A stretch of 64,000 bases of DNA from Minisyncoccota bacterium (GCA_036405175.1 DASWYC010000002.1:537080-601079), one strand, 5' to 3'; positions 48,792-59,399 are shown, counted from the stretch's first letter. The notes: generated from the letters alone by a model not told the origin. Numbers and translations are program-made.

Positions 48792-50927
48792 ATGGATGAT
48801 CAGCACGATGACAAATTAGCATATTCACTTCCACGTCGTGACACGATTGCAGATGAAGAATTAGATCTTAAAAAACTTCAGGAAGAAGAGTTGCTCAAAT
48901 CTCAAGCACCTCTTTTGGGTTTCACGTACATCAATCTTAAAATTACTCCGCTCACCAACGATGCGCTTGGTGCAATTGCAGAAGATAGAGCTCGCAAAGC
49001 ATTCTGTGCTGGATTTAAACTTATCAACAAAGATCTCCACATTGCTATTCGCTATCCATCATCAGATGAATGGAAAAATCTTTTAACTGAATTACAAAAA
49101 ACTTATACGGTTCATCTGTATCTTGCTTCACTTGAAAGCCTCAACTTTGCATGGTCACACTATGAAGATATTTCACGTGCAACACGCTCACGAGAGTCTT
49201 TGATTGATCTTTCAGAAACCAGTATTCAAGAAATTGAATCAAAGATTTCTACCAATGCAGATATTATTGCACTCTTTAAAACTATTTCTGAACAAGATAC
49301 TCAGCGTGTTACCCGCATGATTGAAATCTTGATGGGAAGTGCCATTGCAACAAAATCTTCAGATATTCACGCAGAGCCTACAGAAACTAATGTCCGCATT
49401 CGCTATCGCCAAGATGGTGTTTTACAGGATGTTTTAACCCTTACTCACGAAACGTACAAACAAGTTTTATCTCGTATCAAAGTGCTTTCTGGACTTAAAA
49501 TTACTCGCACCAAAGAAGCACAAGATGGACGATTTTCTATTAAGTCTCACGACAAAGATGTTGAAGTACGTGTTTCTACCGTTCCAAGTGCATACGGAGA
49601 AAGTTTAGTAATGCGTGTACTTGACCCTGATGGACTTCAGGTTGATCTTACTGAACTCGGATTCAACGAGACTCTGCTTCCTATTATTCAACAGGAAATT
49701 ATTCGTCCTGATGGTCTTATTTTAACCTGTGGACCAACCGGATCAGGAAAAACCACCACCCTCTATTCATTCTTAAAGCAAGTATATAGCCCTGATTCAA
49801 AAATCATTACTATTGAAGATCCAATTGAATATCACCTTGATGGTATTGAGCAAACTCAAGTTGAAACAGAAAAAGGATATACATTCTTGCTTGGACTTCG
49901 ATCAGCGCTTCGCCAGGATCCAGATATCATCATGGTGGGAGAAATTCGTGACGGAGAAACAGCACAAACTGCCATTAATGCATCATTGGCAGGGCACATG
50001 GTGTTCTCAACGCTTCACACCAACTCAGCAGCAGGAGCAATTCCACGCCTTTTGGATTTGAAAGTTTCAGGAGGAACCCTCAGATCGTCGCTTCAAACTA
50101 TTTTGGCACAGCGATTGGTGCGTAAATTGTGTCCGCATTGCAAAGAAGCGTATAAAGCATCGGAGCATGAAATGGATATTCTTAAAAAAATCATCACTAA
50201 TGCATCACCAGCTAAAAATTTAAGTTCATACCTCACACAAACTGAAGAACCTTTTACACTTTATAAACATGTTGGCTGTCCGCAATGTGATGGAACAGGA
50301 TATAAAGGTCGTATTGGAATCTTTGAAGGTATTCAAATGACACATGAGATTGAAAATCTTCTTGAGAATAACAATATTCCAAGTGAACGTGACGTATGGT
50401 ATGCCGCTCGCAATCAAGGAATTCTTACGATGGGTGAGGATGGAGTCGTAAAACTCTTAAACGGAGTAACATCATACGATGAAGTGGAGCGTGTTGTTGA
50501 TCTTACTGGATATGGAACCATTTATGATTCAACTATTGGTCAACCAATCGCATCAGCAACTGCTTCACCAACATTTGCACAGATGGAACATCACATTGAA
50601 GTATCACCGGATGTACCAACAATTACTGAAACTTCAACACCATTTGCGTTACTCTTAAATTATCTTGAACTTCTTATTACAGAACAAACAAAAAACCCAA
50701 CAAAGAATGCAACACATCAAATTGAGTTGGTAAAAAAAGCTCTTGGCGAGCTTCAACAACAAAATAGTTTTACACCACGGCACAATGATGCATCGGGTGC
50801 ACAAGAACTTAGTAAAATTTTAAATTTCCTTGATGCACTTTCAAATCATCAACAGCAAAATCCACATATTGGCGTAGAACAAGAACTCGAAAATGTAAAG
50901 TTGCATTTATCTGACTTACAAAAGTAA
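48792..50927 (+). CDS. Type IV pilus/T2SS assembly ATPase (PilB/GspE) with a duplicated C-terminal extension
   Basis: SDIHAEP, QDGRF, GPTGSGKTTT, EDPIEY, LRQDPD, STLHTN, CPHC..CPQC. Confidence 0.93.
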   Translation: MDDQHDDKLAYSLPRRDTIADEELDLKKLQEEELLKSQAPLLGFTYINLKITPLTNDALGAIAEDRARKAFCAGFKLINKDLHIAIRYPSSDEWKNLLTELQKTYTVHLYLASLESLNFAWSHYEDISRATRSRESLIDLSETSIQEIESKISTNADIIALFKTISEQDTQRVTRMIEILMGSAIATKSSDIHAEPTETNVRIRYRQDGVLQDVLTLTHETYKQVLSRIKVLSGLKITRTKEAQDGRFSIKSHDKDVEVRVSTVPSAYGESLVMRVLDPDGLQVDLTELGFNETLLPIIQQEIIRPDGLILTCGPTGSGKTTTLYSFLKQVYSPDSKIITIEDPIEYHLDGIEQTQVETEKGYTFLLGLRSALRQDPDIIMVGEIRDGETAQTAINASLAGHMVFSTLHTNSAAGAIPRLLDLKVSGGTLRSSLQTILAQRLVRKLCPHCKEAYKASEHEMDILKKIITNASPAKNLSSYLTQTEEPFTLYKHVGCPQCDGTGYKGRIGIFEGIQMTHEIENLLENNNIPSERDVWYAARNQGILTMGEDGVVKLLNGVTSYDEVERVVDLTGYGTIYDSTIGQPIASATASPTFAQMEHHIEVSPDVPTITETSTPFALLLNYLELLITEQTKNPTKNATHQIELVKKALGELQQQNSFTPRHNDASGAQELSKILNFLDALSNHQQQNPHIGVEQELENVKLHLSDLQK

Positions 50928-50984
50928 TCTACGACAAGAGCGTGAGCTAAAAACTCTGATATACTTAATCACGTACAGCTTTGT

Positions 50985-51145
50985 ACGCACACAAAAACCC
51001 ACACACAAGTTTCTTGGCTACCCTACCCCTGAAGAGGTATTGAGAAAGTAGATGAGGATAACCACAGCCTAGGCCATGATGTCCTTTCTAAGAACTCAGA
51101 CTTGCGCCGGTAACCAAGAAACTTATACGTGGGTTGTAAGTGCGT
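50985..51145 (-). ncRNA. Candidate rod-shaped ncRNA with 6S-like architecture
   Basis: About 160-nt irregular hairpin; plus-strand A-C mismatches become G-U pairs on the minus strand; minus-strand TTGACA-17-TAAGAT promoter at 51248-51276. Confidence 0.6.
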
Positions 51146-51360
51146 CTCCTAAAGATATAAAAAATCACATCTCATATTTTGAGACGACTACACCGCTATT
51201 CAAATTACAAAAATCTATCAAATGATCCTTAATTTGCTAACACTACTATCTTAGCATATTTTATTTCATTTGTCAAATAATCTATAAAAAGAGCTTTTCT
51301 GTCAATAACTTATACCACACGCCGTTTGGCGGTTTTTTTATTTGCTCGTATACTATCATC

Positions 51361-52326
51361 ATGACTCATCTTAAAGATGTTACAAAAATTTCTGATCATG
51401 ATTTACGCCCAACTACGTGGAATGATTACATTGGACAAGACATGATTAAAAAAAATCTCCTTATTTTACTTGAAGCCGCACAATCACGATCAGTTTCTCC
51501 TGATCATATTCTTCTCTATGGACAACCAGGACTTGGTAAAACAACATTAGCTCATTTAATTGCAAAACATTTAGGAACCAACTTAATTCAAACAACGGGA
51601 CCGGTCATTGAAAAGGCGAGTGATCTTACCAGCACATTATCTTCTTTGTCTGCAGGTGATGTGTTGTTTATTGATGAAATTCATCGTCTTCCAAAAAGTG
51701 TTGAGGAAATTTTATATCCTGCAATGGAATCTGGAACGCTCGATATTATGATTGGAAAAGGTCCATCAGCACGCACGGTGCATATTGATTTGCAACCTTT
51801 TACCTTAATTGGTGCAACAACACGCTTATCTGAGCTTTCATCACCACTCAGAAGCCGATTTTCTGGAGGAATTTTTAAGCTTGAACCATATTCAAATAAC
51901 GATTTACATAATATCCTCAAGCGAACCGCTCGATTATTGGACATTAATCATGATGAAGATGTTTTACTTCATATTGCTGAGCGTTCACGCCGCACACCAC
52001 GCACCGCTAACTATTATTTACGTCGCGCCAGTGATTTGGCGCACATTCGCAATTCACAATTAACAGAATTACTGATCAAAGAAGCACTTACCTTGCTTGG
52101 AATTTCTCCGGAAGGACTTAGTTATACTGACCAGGAATACATAAAAGCATTACGCGATACGTTTAGCGGGGGACCAGTAGGGGTAAAAACTATTGCCGCA
52201 GCTATTGGAGAAGAGTCAAAAACGGTTGAAGATGTGATTGAACCCTACCTTTTATATGAGGGAATTATTGAAAAAACTCCTCAAGGACGTAAATTAACCA
52301 CGCGCGGCTACACTCTGCAGTTTTAA
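51361..52326 (+). CDS. ruvB: Holliday junction helicase RuvB
   Basis: LRP..W.DYIGQ, GQPGLGKTTLA, FIDEIHRL, EEILYPAME, FTLIGATT. Confidence 0.97.
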   Translation: MTHLKDVTKISDHDLRPTTWNDYIGQDMIKKNLLILLEAAQSRSVSPDHILLYGQPGLGKTTLAHLIAKHLGTNLIQTTGPVIEKASDLTSTLSSLSAGDVLFIDEIHRLPKSVEEILYPAMESGTLDIMIGKGPSARTVHIDLQPFTLIGATTRLSELSSPLRSRFSGGIFKLEPYSNNDLHNILKRTARLLDINHDEDVLLHIAERSRRTPRTANYYLRRASDLAHIRNSQLTELLIKEALTLLGISPEGLSYTDQEYIKALRDTFSGGPVGVKTIAAAIGEESKTVEDVIEPYLLYEGIIEKTPQGRKLTTRGYTLQF

Positions 52327-52327
52327 T

Positions 52328-52807
52328 ATGAAAATCTTAGGTATTGATCCGGGCTATGATCGATTAGGAATTGCAATTATTGAATCACAATCACGTATTC
52401 AGGCTCATTATCTGAGTTCTGAATGTTTTACCACCAATAATACACTTGAATTTAATGAGCGCTTAGCACTCATTGTTGGACATATTGATGAAGTTTTCAA
52501 ACAAGAACAGCCAAATGCGCTTGTTTTGGAACTTTTATATATAAATAGCAACCAAAAAACCGTTATGTTTGTGGCCGAAGTCCGCGGAGCACTTAAAACA
52601 TTGGCTCATATTCACCGTATACCTATATATGAGATGAACCCACTTCAGATAAAATCAGCCATTACAGGACACGGACAGGCCTCAAAAAGCTCAGTAGCCT
52701 TTATGATTCCTAAGCTAATCACGCTTCCTACGCGTAAAATGATTGATGATGAAGTAGATGCTATTGGAATTGCCTTAGCCGGTGTGGCCCATTTTTCACT
52801 ATTTTAA
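52328..52807 (+). CDS. ruvC: Holliday junction resolvase RuvC
   Basis: ILGIDPG, AEVRG, IKSAITGHGQASK, DDEVDAIGIA. Confidence 0.95.
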   Translation: MKILGIDPGYDRLGIAIIESQSRIQAHYLSSECFTTNNTLEFNERLALIVGHIDEVFKQEQPNALVLELLYINSNQKTVMFVAEVRGALKTLAHIHRIPIYEMNPLQIKSAITGHGQASKSSVAFMIPKLITLPTRKMIDDEVDAIGIALAGVAHFSLF

Positions 52808-52934
52808 TTAAAACTTAATGATTTTTGTAATAAGATCCATATACTACCGTCTTTATTGGGACTGTTTACATTTTCTGTATTCTGTTCTACATTTCCATGA
52901 TACGATTAGAAAGAGAAATATTTCTTTTATTTAT

Positions 52935-55460
52935 ATGAATCAAACGCCAATCCACAAAAAAGTTCTCGTTCGCAAAAAGAAGCCAAATCCGTTTCTTAAA
53001 TTCCTCGAATCGCTTGTAATTGCAGGGGTTTCTGGAGTATTTATCCTTGCGGGAGTGCTCTTTTTATGGATTTCTCTTCTCCAGGTGCCACCACTTGAAG
53101 GATTTCATGAGCGTATTGTTTCAAACTCAACCAAAATCTATGATCGCACCGGGAAAGTAGTACTCTATGATATTTACGAAAATGCACAACGCACCCTTGT
53201 TCCTCTTAAGGATATTTCTCCTTTAATCCTTAAAGCGGTTGTTTCTACCGAGGACAAAAGCTTTTATCAGCACCACGGAATTGACATTAAATCAACTACG
53301 CGTGCAATTACTTATACCGCACTCAACAAACTAGGAATCAACAAAAAGCTTGAAGTACAGGGAGGTTCTACTATTACTCAACAGGTTCTTAAGAATACTG
53401 TTCTTACGAGCGATAAAACCCTTACCCGTAAACTTAAAGAGTGGTTCTTAGCGGTTCGCCTTGAACAAAAACTCTCAAAAGATGAAATCATTGAACACTA
53501 TTTGAATGAAATCCCATTTGGAGGATCACTGTACGGTATTGAAGAAGCATCTCAGACCTTCTTTGGTAAAAAATCAAGCGAGGTAACCACCGCAGAAGCA
53601 GCGTATCTTGCAGCTATCATTAACCTTCCAACCTATTATTCTCCATATGGAAATAATCGCGTTAAGCTTGATGCTCGCAAAAACTTTGTACTTTCAAACA
53701 TGTTAAATGAGGGTTATATCACCAAAGACGAATATAATAAAGCAAAAGCAGAAGTAATCACCTTTCAGCCACTCTCAGAAACTCAATCAAAAGCTATTCA
53801 CTTTGTACTTTCAGTACGTGAATACCTTGAAAATAAATATGGAAAAGATATGGTTGAAAACCAGGGACTTAAAGTAACCACGACACTTGATTGGGAGCTT
53901 CAAGAAAAAGCAGAAGAAATTGTAAAAAAGAATGCCGAAGCAAATGAAGCAGCCTGGAACGCAAAAAATCAAGCGCTCATCGCAATTCAGCCAAAGACTG
54001 GGCAAATCCTTGCCATGGTTGGATCACGTGATTACAACAACGACGAAGTTGATGGAAAATTCAATATCACCACATCAGCACTTCGTCAGCCAGGATCATC
54101 ATTCAAGCCGTTTATTTACGCAGCCTCATTTGAAAAAGGCTATACCGACAAATCAATTCTCTTTGATGTCCCAACGCAATTTACCCAAAGCTGTGATGTA
54201 AATCAGTTTACGCAAAAGGACGGATGTTATTCACCTAATAATTACGACGGCAAGTATCGTGGAGCAATGAGTGTTCGCAACGCACTTGCGCAATCTATTA
54301 ACGTTCCGGCGGTGAAAATGCTCTATTTGGTTGGAGTTCCTGAATCACTCACCATGGCTAAACGTCTTGGAATCACCACCCTTAAAGATGCAAACCAGTA
54401 CGGACTTACCTTGGTGCTTGGAGGTGGAGAAGTAACACTTCTTCAAATGACGAGCGCGTATGGAGTATTTGCAAACGATGGGGTTCGCAACGCACCAACT
54501 CAAATCCTGAAGGTTGAAACCTTTGATGGAAAAGTTCTTGAATCATATACACCAAAAGAAGAAAAAGTACTTGCACCACAAGTTGCACGCATGATTACCG
54601 ATATTCTTGCTGACAACGTAGCACGTACACCACTCTTTGGATCAAATTCATTCCTTTACTTTGGATCAGGAGTGAATGTTGCAGGAAAAACAGGAACCAC
54701 CAATAACAATAAAGATGCATGGTTGATTGGGTATACTCCGGAAATAGCGATTGGTGTTTGGAGTGGAAACAACAACAACACCGCCATGAAAAAAGGTTCT
54801 GCAATTTCTGGACCAACTTTTAAAGAGGTTATGAATGAAGCAATTAAGCTCTATGGTGTAACCAACTTTATGCCACCAGAACAAATTATTACCGGCAAAC
54901 CTATTCTGGATGGTCTTTGGCAAGGAGATACCGTTGATTCACGCCAAATTGGAACCGATGCTAATGGAAATCCTATTAAAGAAACCGTAGTACAACCAAA
55001 TCTTCACTCAGAACTTTACTGGATTAACCGCACCGATCCAACAGGACCACGTCCCGCCAACCCAAGCGCTGCAAGTTCACTCTTTGCTCACTTTGAAGCT
55101 GGAATAATTAAATACTTTGGTTATAGCGGCGAACAAGGAGATGCTGTAGTACTTGGTGGCAGCGGAGCTCCTAAAAAGAATGGGAAAGCATATCTCTTGC
55201 TTGAAACTGAAAATAAGATATCTCGTTCAAAGCCAACCACTATTTCATTTGAAAAGGCTGAACCAGAAACTGAAATTGAATACGTAGAATTTACTGTTGG
55301 CTCAAAAGTAATCGGACGCATCACTAATGGCTCATACAGAATAACTGTTGATCCTGCTGATGTCCAAAATCTTGGAGAAACGAGCACTCTTACCGTCACT
55401 ACCAAGCTTAAAAATGGAGAACTTTCTAACTTTGAGTATAAAGTAACCATTGTAAACTAA
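52935..55460 (+). CDS. Class A penicillin-binding protein (transglycosylase/transpeptidase)
   Basis: EDKSFYQHHGID, GGSTITQQ, RKLKE, RQPGSSFKP, SINVP, GKTGT. Confidence 0.96.
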   Translation: MNQTPIHKKVLVRKKKPNPFLKFLESLVIAGVSGVFILAGVLFLWISLLQVPPLEGFHERIVSNSTKIYDRTGKVVLYDIYENAQRTLVPLKDISPLILKAVVSTEDKSFYQHHGIDIKSTTRAITYTALNKLGINKKLEVQGGSTITQQVLKNTVLTSDKTLTRKLKEWFLAVRLEQKLSKDEIIEHYLNEIPFGGSLYGIEEASQTFFGKKSSEVTTAEAAYLAAIINLPTYYSPYGNNRVKLDARKNFVLSNMLNEGYITKDEYNKAKAEVITFQPLSETQSKAIHFVLSVREYLENKYGKDMVENQGLKVTTTLDWELQEKAEEIVKKNAEANEAAWNAKNQALIAIQPKTGQILAMVGSRDYNNDEVDGKFNITTSALRQPGSSFKPFIYAASFEKGYTDKSILFDVPTQFTQSCDVNQFTQKDGCYSPNNYDGKYRGAMSVRNALAQSINVPAVKMLYLVGVPESLTMAKRLGITTLKDANQYGLTLVLGGGEVTLLQMTSAYGVFANDGVRNAPTQILKVETFDGKVLESYTPKEEKVLAPQVARMITDILADNVARTPLFGSNSFLYFGSGVNVAGKTGTTNNNKDAWLIGYTPEIAIGVWSGNNNNTAMKKGSAISGPTFKEVMNEAIKLYGVTNFMPPEQIITGKPILDGLWQGDTVDSRQIGTDANGNPIKETVVQPNLHSELYWINRTDPTGPRPANPSAASSLFAHFEAGIIKYFGYSGEQGDAVVLGGSGAPKKNGKAYLLLETENKISRSKPTTISFEKAEPETEIEYVEFTVGSKVIGRITNGSYRITVDPADVQNLGETSTLTVTTKLKNGELSNFEYKVTIVN

Positions 55461-55487
55461 GATAAAAGCCTCAATTTCTTGAGGCTT

Positions 55488-55739
55488 TTATCGTATATGA
55501 GTAATATAAATTTGTTGTTTTCTTAGAGATTCGATAATTTCTTCAGTATGAGCAAGAAGATTTTGTTTTTGAGAGGGAAGAAGCTTAATAGTGAGTGCTG
55601 CGTGACCTTTTTTAACATGAGCTTGTGTGAAAGGCACATCAATATACTGCTGCAATGCTTCAAAAATCACCAATTCTTCTGGCTTTTTTATTGAAAAGTG
55701 CTGAAGGAGCTGAGGAATCTGTGCAGTAATATGATTCAT
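55488..55739 (-). CDS. Small hypothetical protein downstream of dnaN (possibly DciA-like)
   Basis: 83-aa ORF with TATACT just upstream; DciA idea rests on position and a weak pattern. Confidence 0.5.
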   Translation of the reverse strand: MNHITAQIPQLLQHFSIKKPEELVIFEALQQYIDVPFTQAHVKKGHAALTIKLLPSQKQNLLAHTEEIIESLRKQQIYITHIR

Positions 55740-55864
55740 GAATTAAGTATACGCCAACCAACCACCTGTTCATGAATAGCGATATACACATCTTGACGGG
55801 TTATTGAGTAAGTTTTTTAAGTTAAAAGCACATTACTGTGCTTTTAAGATCGCAAGGTATACCA

Positions 55865-56971
55865 CTATGCTTGCATTGGCATGATTAAGTAGGTGAAATC
55901 TGGAGTATCTTTACCTCTAATGGTAAGCGGCTTCTTAGGAGAAATAGTAAATATCAACACATCGCTGTGGATTTTTGAAATTCCTTCAATTAAATACTGT
56001 TCATTTAAGGCGAAGGTGTATTCTTCACCTTCAAGTGCACCTTTAATAACTCCTTCTATTGAACCTTTTTCATCATTTTCTGTTTTCACCACCATTCCAA
56101 CTTCACTATTGAGCGAAACAGTAAGCTTGCGCACTGAATTTGAAACCACGGAAGACAATTTAAGAATATCTTCAACATCGCTTTTTAGGCAGGTAACCTT
56201 TGAGACTGTTTCTTGAGGAATAATACGCTGATAATCAGGGAACGCTCCATCAATATGACGCACCATAAGCGTAGTTTTTGGTAGTGAAACACGTAACAAG
56301 TGCTCAGACACACCACATTCGCAGCTTTCTTCTGGTGTAAAATTGCTTAAAATCTTAACCATATCCACCACGTTCTTAATAGGGATTAAAATTTTTGGAA
56401 ATCCTTGTGGAACGTTAATTTTCTTTTTAAGCTCTGCAAGACGAAATGAATCTGTTGCTACAGAAACTAATGTTTCATCAGTTTCATTTCTCCATAAACA
56501 TACTGCAGCAATTTCAGGTTTAATATCCGATGAAGATGCAGCAAACTCCACCATCTTAAGCAGCTCACTAAATTGACCAACAGGAAGCGAAAAGGTGAAA
56601 GTGTCACTTGGTAATGGAGTTGATGGAAATTCTTCTGATGAGACAATTTTGAGCGTCACAGATACATCAGGAGATATAACTTTCATTATTCCTTTTTGAA
56701 CATCAAGAGTAATAGTAGATTGTTTTGAAATTTTACTAATAAGTGCCGTAAGAAGCCCACCATCAACACATACTGATCCGGAAACTTCTACTTTTGCAGG
56801 CAATGCAACTTCAAGGGCGCAATTAAGATTGTTTGCGCGAATTGTACATCCGTCTTCATTGCATTCAATAAGATAGTTTGTAAGTAGTGGTGTCAAACTT
56901 TGCTTAATTGAAATTCCTGAGAGGATTCTCAAACTTCGTTCAAGGTCTTCCTGGGTAAAACTGGCTTTCAT
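55865..56971 (-). CDS. dnaN: DNA polymerase III beta clamp
   Basis: VATDSFRLAE, IDGAFPDYQRIIP, YLIMPM. Confidence 0.97.
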   Translation of the reverse strand: MKASFTQEDLERSLRILSGISIKQSLTPLLTNYLIECNEDGCTIRANNLNCALEVALPAKVEVSGSVCVDGGLLTALISKISKQSTITLDVQKGIMKVISPDVSVTLKIVSSEEFPSTPLPSDTFTFSLPVGQFSELLKMVEFAASSSDIKPEIAAVCLWRNETDETLVSVATDSFRLAELKKKINVPQGFPKILIPIKNVVDMVKILSNFTPEESCECGVSEHLLRVSLPKTTLMVRHIDGAFPDYQRIIPQETVSKVTCLKSDVEDILKLSSVVSNSVRKLTVSLNSEVGMVVKTENDEKGSIEGVIKGALEGEEYTFALNEQYLIEGISKIHSDVLIFTISPKKPLTIRGKDTPDFTYLIMPMQA

Positions 56972-57295
56972 AGTTGTATATTACTGCTTTTTAAAAATAA
57001 ATAAAAGTAATAGCAATAGATAACAGTAAGGTTTGTGGATTTTGTGAATAACTCGAAAAGTGCCTTAAATTTAAGGAAGTTTGATGACTTTTGACTGGGG
57101 AAATGCAAGGAATAACTCGGGGAATTATTATAGGAAAACATGGGGAGAATATGTGAATAGTATACCCGTGGGGGAAAACCGAACGTTATCCTGGGGTTAT
57201 TGATAGGTTATCCTGAAGGAAATCCACGCATAATCCCCAGTTATTTGGGGAAACTGGGGATGAGACACTTGAATAAGTGTATATGAATATATGTA
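56972..57295. other. oriC, dnaA-dnaN part with a basal unwinding system
   Basis: AT-rich tract, TAA/TAG/CAG trinucleotide run (57005-57029), then TGTGGATTT-TGTGAATAA boxes, as in the B. subtilis DnaA-trio layout; many degenerate boxes follow. Confidence 0.8.
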
Positions 57296-58681
57296 TTACC
57301 GAGTAGCTAGGTGTCCACGAATGGTTTCAAGGTCGTGAATCATTTGCGCATCATTTTGAGAAAGATCTTTTACTTTTTCTACCGAGTGGATTACGGTTGT
57401 GTGATCACGTCCTCCAAATTCCTTACCAATATTAGGGAATGAAATATTATAGTCCTCGCGAAGAATATACATTGCTACTTGGCGCACATGCACTACTTCT
57501 TTCCTGCGCGTTTTATCAAAGAGTTCTTCTGGTGATTGATTGAAGTAGTTGGCAACAATCTTTACAATATCTTCAATTGAAACTGATTTATGGGCTTTTT
57601 GGCTGTTTTTAAGAAGATTTCCCACAAATGCTGGCGTTACTACTTCTGGCCGGGTCTTCATGGTGGTAATCACTAAATTACACATTCCTTCAAGTTCACG
57701 AATATTTCCCTCCAATGCTTCAGCAATAGCAGAAATAATCTCTTCTGGAAGCACTACGCCTTCTTTTTCAGCCTTTCGTTTAATGATTACATAGCGAGAT
57801 TCATAATCCGGAAGACTTACATCAACCGTCATTCCTTGTTGGAATCGTGATGTCATGCGAGATTCAAATCCCTGCAAGAGTGATGGGTGCTTATCTGATG
57901 AGAAAATAATTTGTTTTCCTTCGTTGTGAAGTTCGTTAAAGATATTAAAGAGAATTTCCTGCACTTTTTCTTTTCCTCCCACAAACTGAATATCATCAAC
58001 AATAAAAACATCATATTTTGTATAGCGATTTTTAAGATTGTTAATACTATTAGTGATGTTTGGATTCACAAATGAATTAATGATATCAGTGATAAATTTA
58101 TCAGAACTTGTATAAAACACTGATAATTCAGGATGTTTTTCACGAAATGCATTTCCAGTTGCCTGAATAAGATGCGTTTTTCCAATCCCGGTAGGTCCAA
58201 AAATAAAGAGCGGATTGTATTTTCCTGGTTCATTTACCGTTGCAACAGCAGTGTGATATGCAATTTCATTAAACGTACCTAAAATATAGTTATCAAAGGT
58301 GTAGCGTGTATTGAGATTGCTGAGTTTGTTTACATACAGGTCAGAAATAGGTAATTCATTGCCAAGTTGTTGATGAATAGGTTTCTTTTCTGATTTTGGT
58401 TTGTCAGTAATGGGGTTTTTGCGTGAAACGGTAAATTCAATAGCACGAATTGAGTCATTAATTTCTCGTAAAATGCGGAGCAAGGTTTTTTGGAATTTAG
58501 TAGCAAGCCATTCTTTTACAAATTCATTCGGTGTTCCAAGATAAACGGTACCCTCATGATCAACTGAATCAATAAACGTTCCTTTAAACCATGTTTGAAA
58601 TGCTGCTGGTGAAATTTCTGTTTGGAGTTTCGTCAATGATTCTTCCCATAATGATTGTGTATCAAGTGATGAAATTTCCAT
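57296..58681 (-). CDS. dnaA: Chromosomal replication initiator DnaA
   Basis: YTFDNY, YNPLFIFGPTGIGKTHL, VDDIQF, NIRELEG, FGGRDHTTVIH. Confidence 0.98.
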   Translation of the reverse strand: MEISSLDTQSLWEESLTKLQTEISPAAFQTWFKGTFIDSVDHEGTVYLGTPNEFVKEWLATKFQKTLLRILREINDSIRAIEFTVSRKNPITDKPKSEKKPIHQQLGNELPISDLYVNKLSNLNTRYTFDNYILGTFNEIAYHTAVATVNEPGKYNPLFIFGPTGIGKTHLIQATGNAFREKHPELSVFYTSSDKFITDIINSFVNPNITNSINNLKNRYTKYDVFIVDDIQFVGGKEKVQEILFNIFNELHNEGKQIIFSSDKHPSLLQGFESRMTSRFQQGMTVDVSLPDYESRYVIIKRKAEKEGVVLPEEIISAIAEALEGNIRELEGMCNLVITTMKTRPEVVTPAFVGNLLKNSQKAHKSVSIEDIVKIVANYFNQSPEELFDKTRRKEVVHVRQVAMYILREDYNISFPNIGKEFGGRDHTTVIHSVEKVKDLSQNDAQMIHDLETIRGHLATR

Positions 58682-58699
58682 AGTTGAATACTATTATAC

Positions 58700-58830
58700 G
58701 TGGATACAATTTTGTGCAAAACCAACAACCATACTACAGGTTATCCACAAAAAGTTGTAAAGACTGTGGAGAAATAGGAAAATAAGGGGAAAGACCTGTG
58801 GATTAGTGTGGATAACTTTGGGGATTAGAT
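58700..58830. promoter_or_regulatory. DnaA boxes upstream of dnaA (second part of a bipartite oriC, or autoregulation)
   Basis: TTATCCACA at 58741, TGTGGAGAA, TGTGGATTA, TGTGGATAA at about 58807. Confidence 0.8.
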
Positions 58831-58896
58831 GTTGAATAGATGAAGGTCCTAAAAACTCTTGCAAAATAGGCCGAACTTTGATAGTATTTCTGTACT

Positions 58897-59031
58897 ATGT
58901 CAATTACGTATCACCCACGAAAAAAGAAAAGAAAGACTACTCACGGATTCTTGGTACGCATGAAAACCGCGAATGGACGTTCTGTAATCCGTCGCCGTCG
59001 TGCCCAAGGACGAAAATCATTGAGCGTGTAA
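58897..59031 (+). CDS. rpmH: 50S ribosomal protein L34 (absent from the ORF track)
   Basis: [44 protein letters not shown]; divergent from dnaA. Confidence 0.96.
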   Translation: MSITYHPRKKKRKTTHGFLVRMKTANGRSVIRRRRAQGRKSLSV

Positions 59032-59048
59032 TACGCTATAGTAGGCAT

Positions 59049-59396
59049 ATGATACCTAAATCATGCCGACTCAGTTATCAAGACATTTTGATAGTAAAAA
59101 AACAGGGTATTAGAACACGGATTTCGTGGATTTTAGTGCAGTCTATGCCTGTGCCGCAAGGTAATTCAGCTAAATTAGGAGTGGTAGTAAGTAAGAAAAT
59201 TGCATCAAGCTCAGTAGCTCGTCACCGGATAAAACGTATTTTATTGGATGAACTTTTTTCTACGGCTCTTACAACAAATAAATATATATTAGTGAGTATT
59301 CAACAACTTCCTGAGGGTGTGGGAAGTTTAAGAACAGTTGCGGAGCGGCGTGTTTTTAGAGAGGAAATTGGAAGAATCGCTGAAAAGCTTATATAA
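59049..59396 (+). CDS. rnpA: Ribonuclease P protein component
   Basis: MIPKSCRL, KLGVVVSKKIASSSVARHRIKRIL; follows rpmH. Confidence 0.9.
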   Translation: MIPKSCRLSYQDILIVKKQGIRTRISWILVQSMPVPQGNSAKLGVVVSKKIASSSVARHRIKRILLDELFSTALTTNKYILVSIQQLPEGVGSLRTVAERRVFREEIGRIAEKLI

Positions 59397-59399
59397 AGT

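Noticed and set aside
58878-59048. Long N-terminal extension of RnpA in the ORF track
   Set aside because: It overlaps the real rpmH gene in another frame; RnpA most likely starts at ATG 59049.
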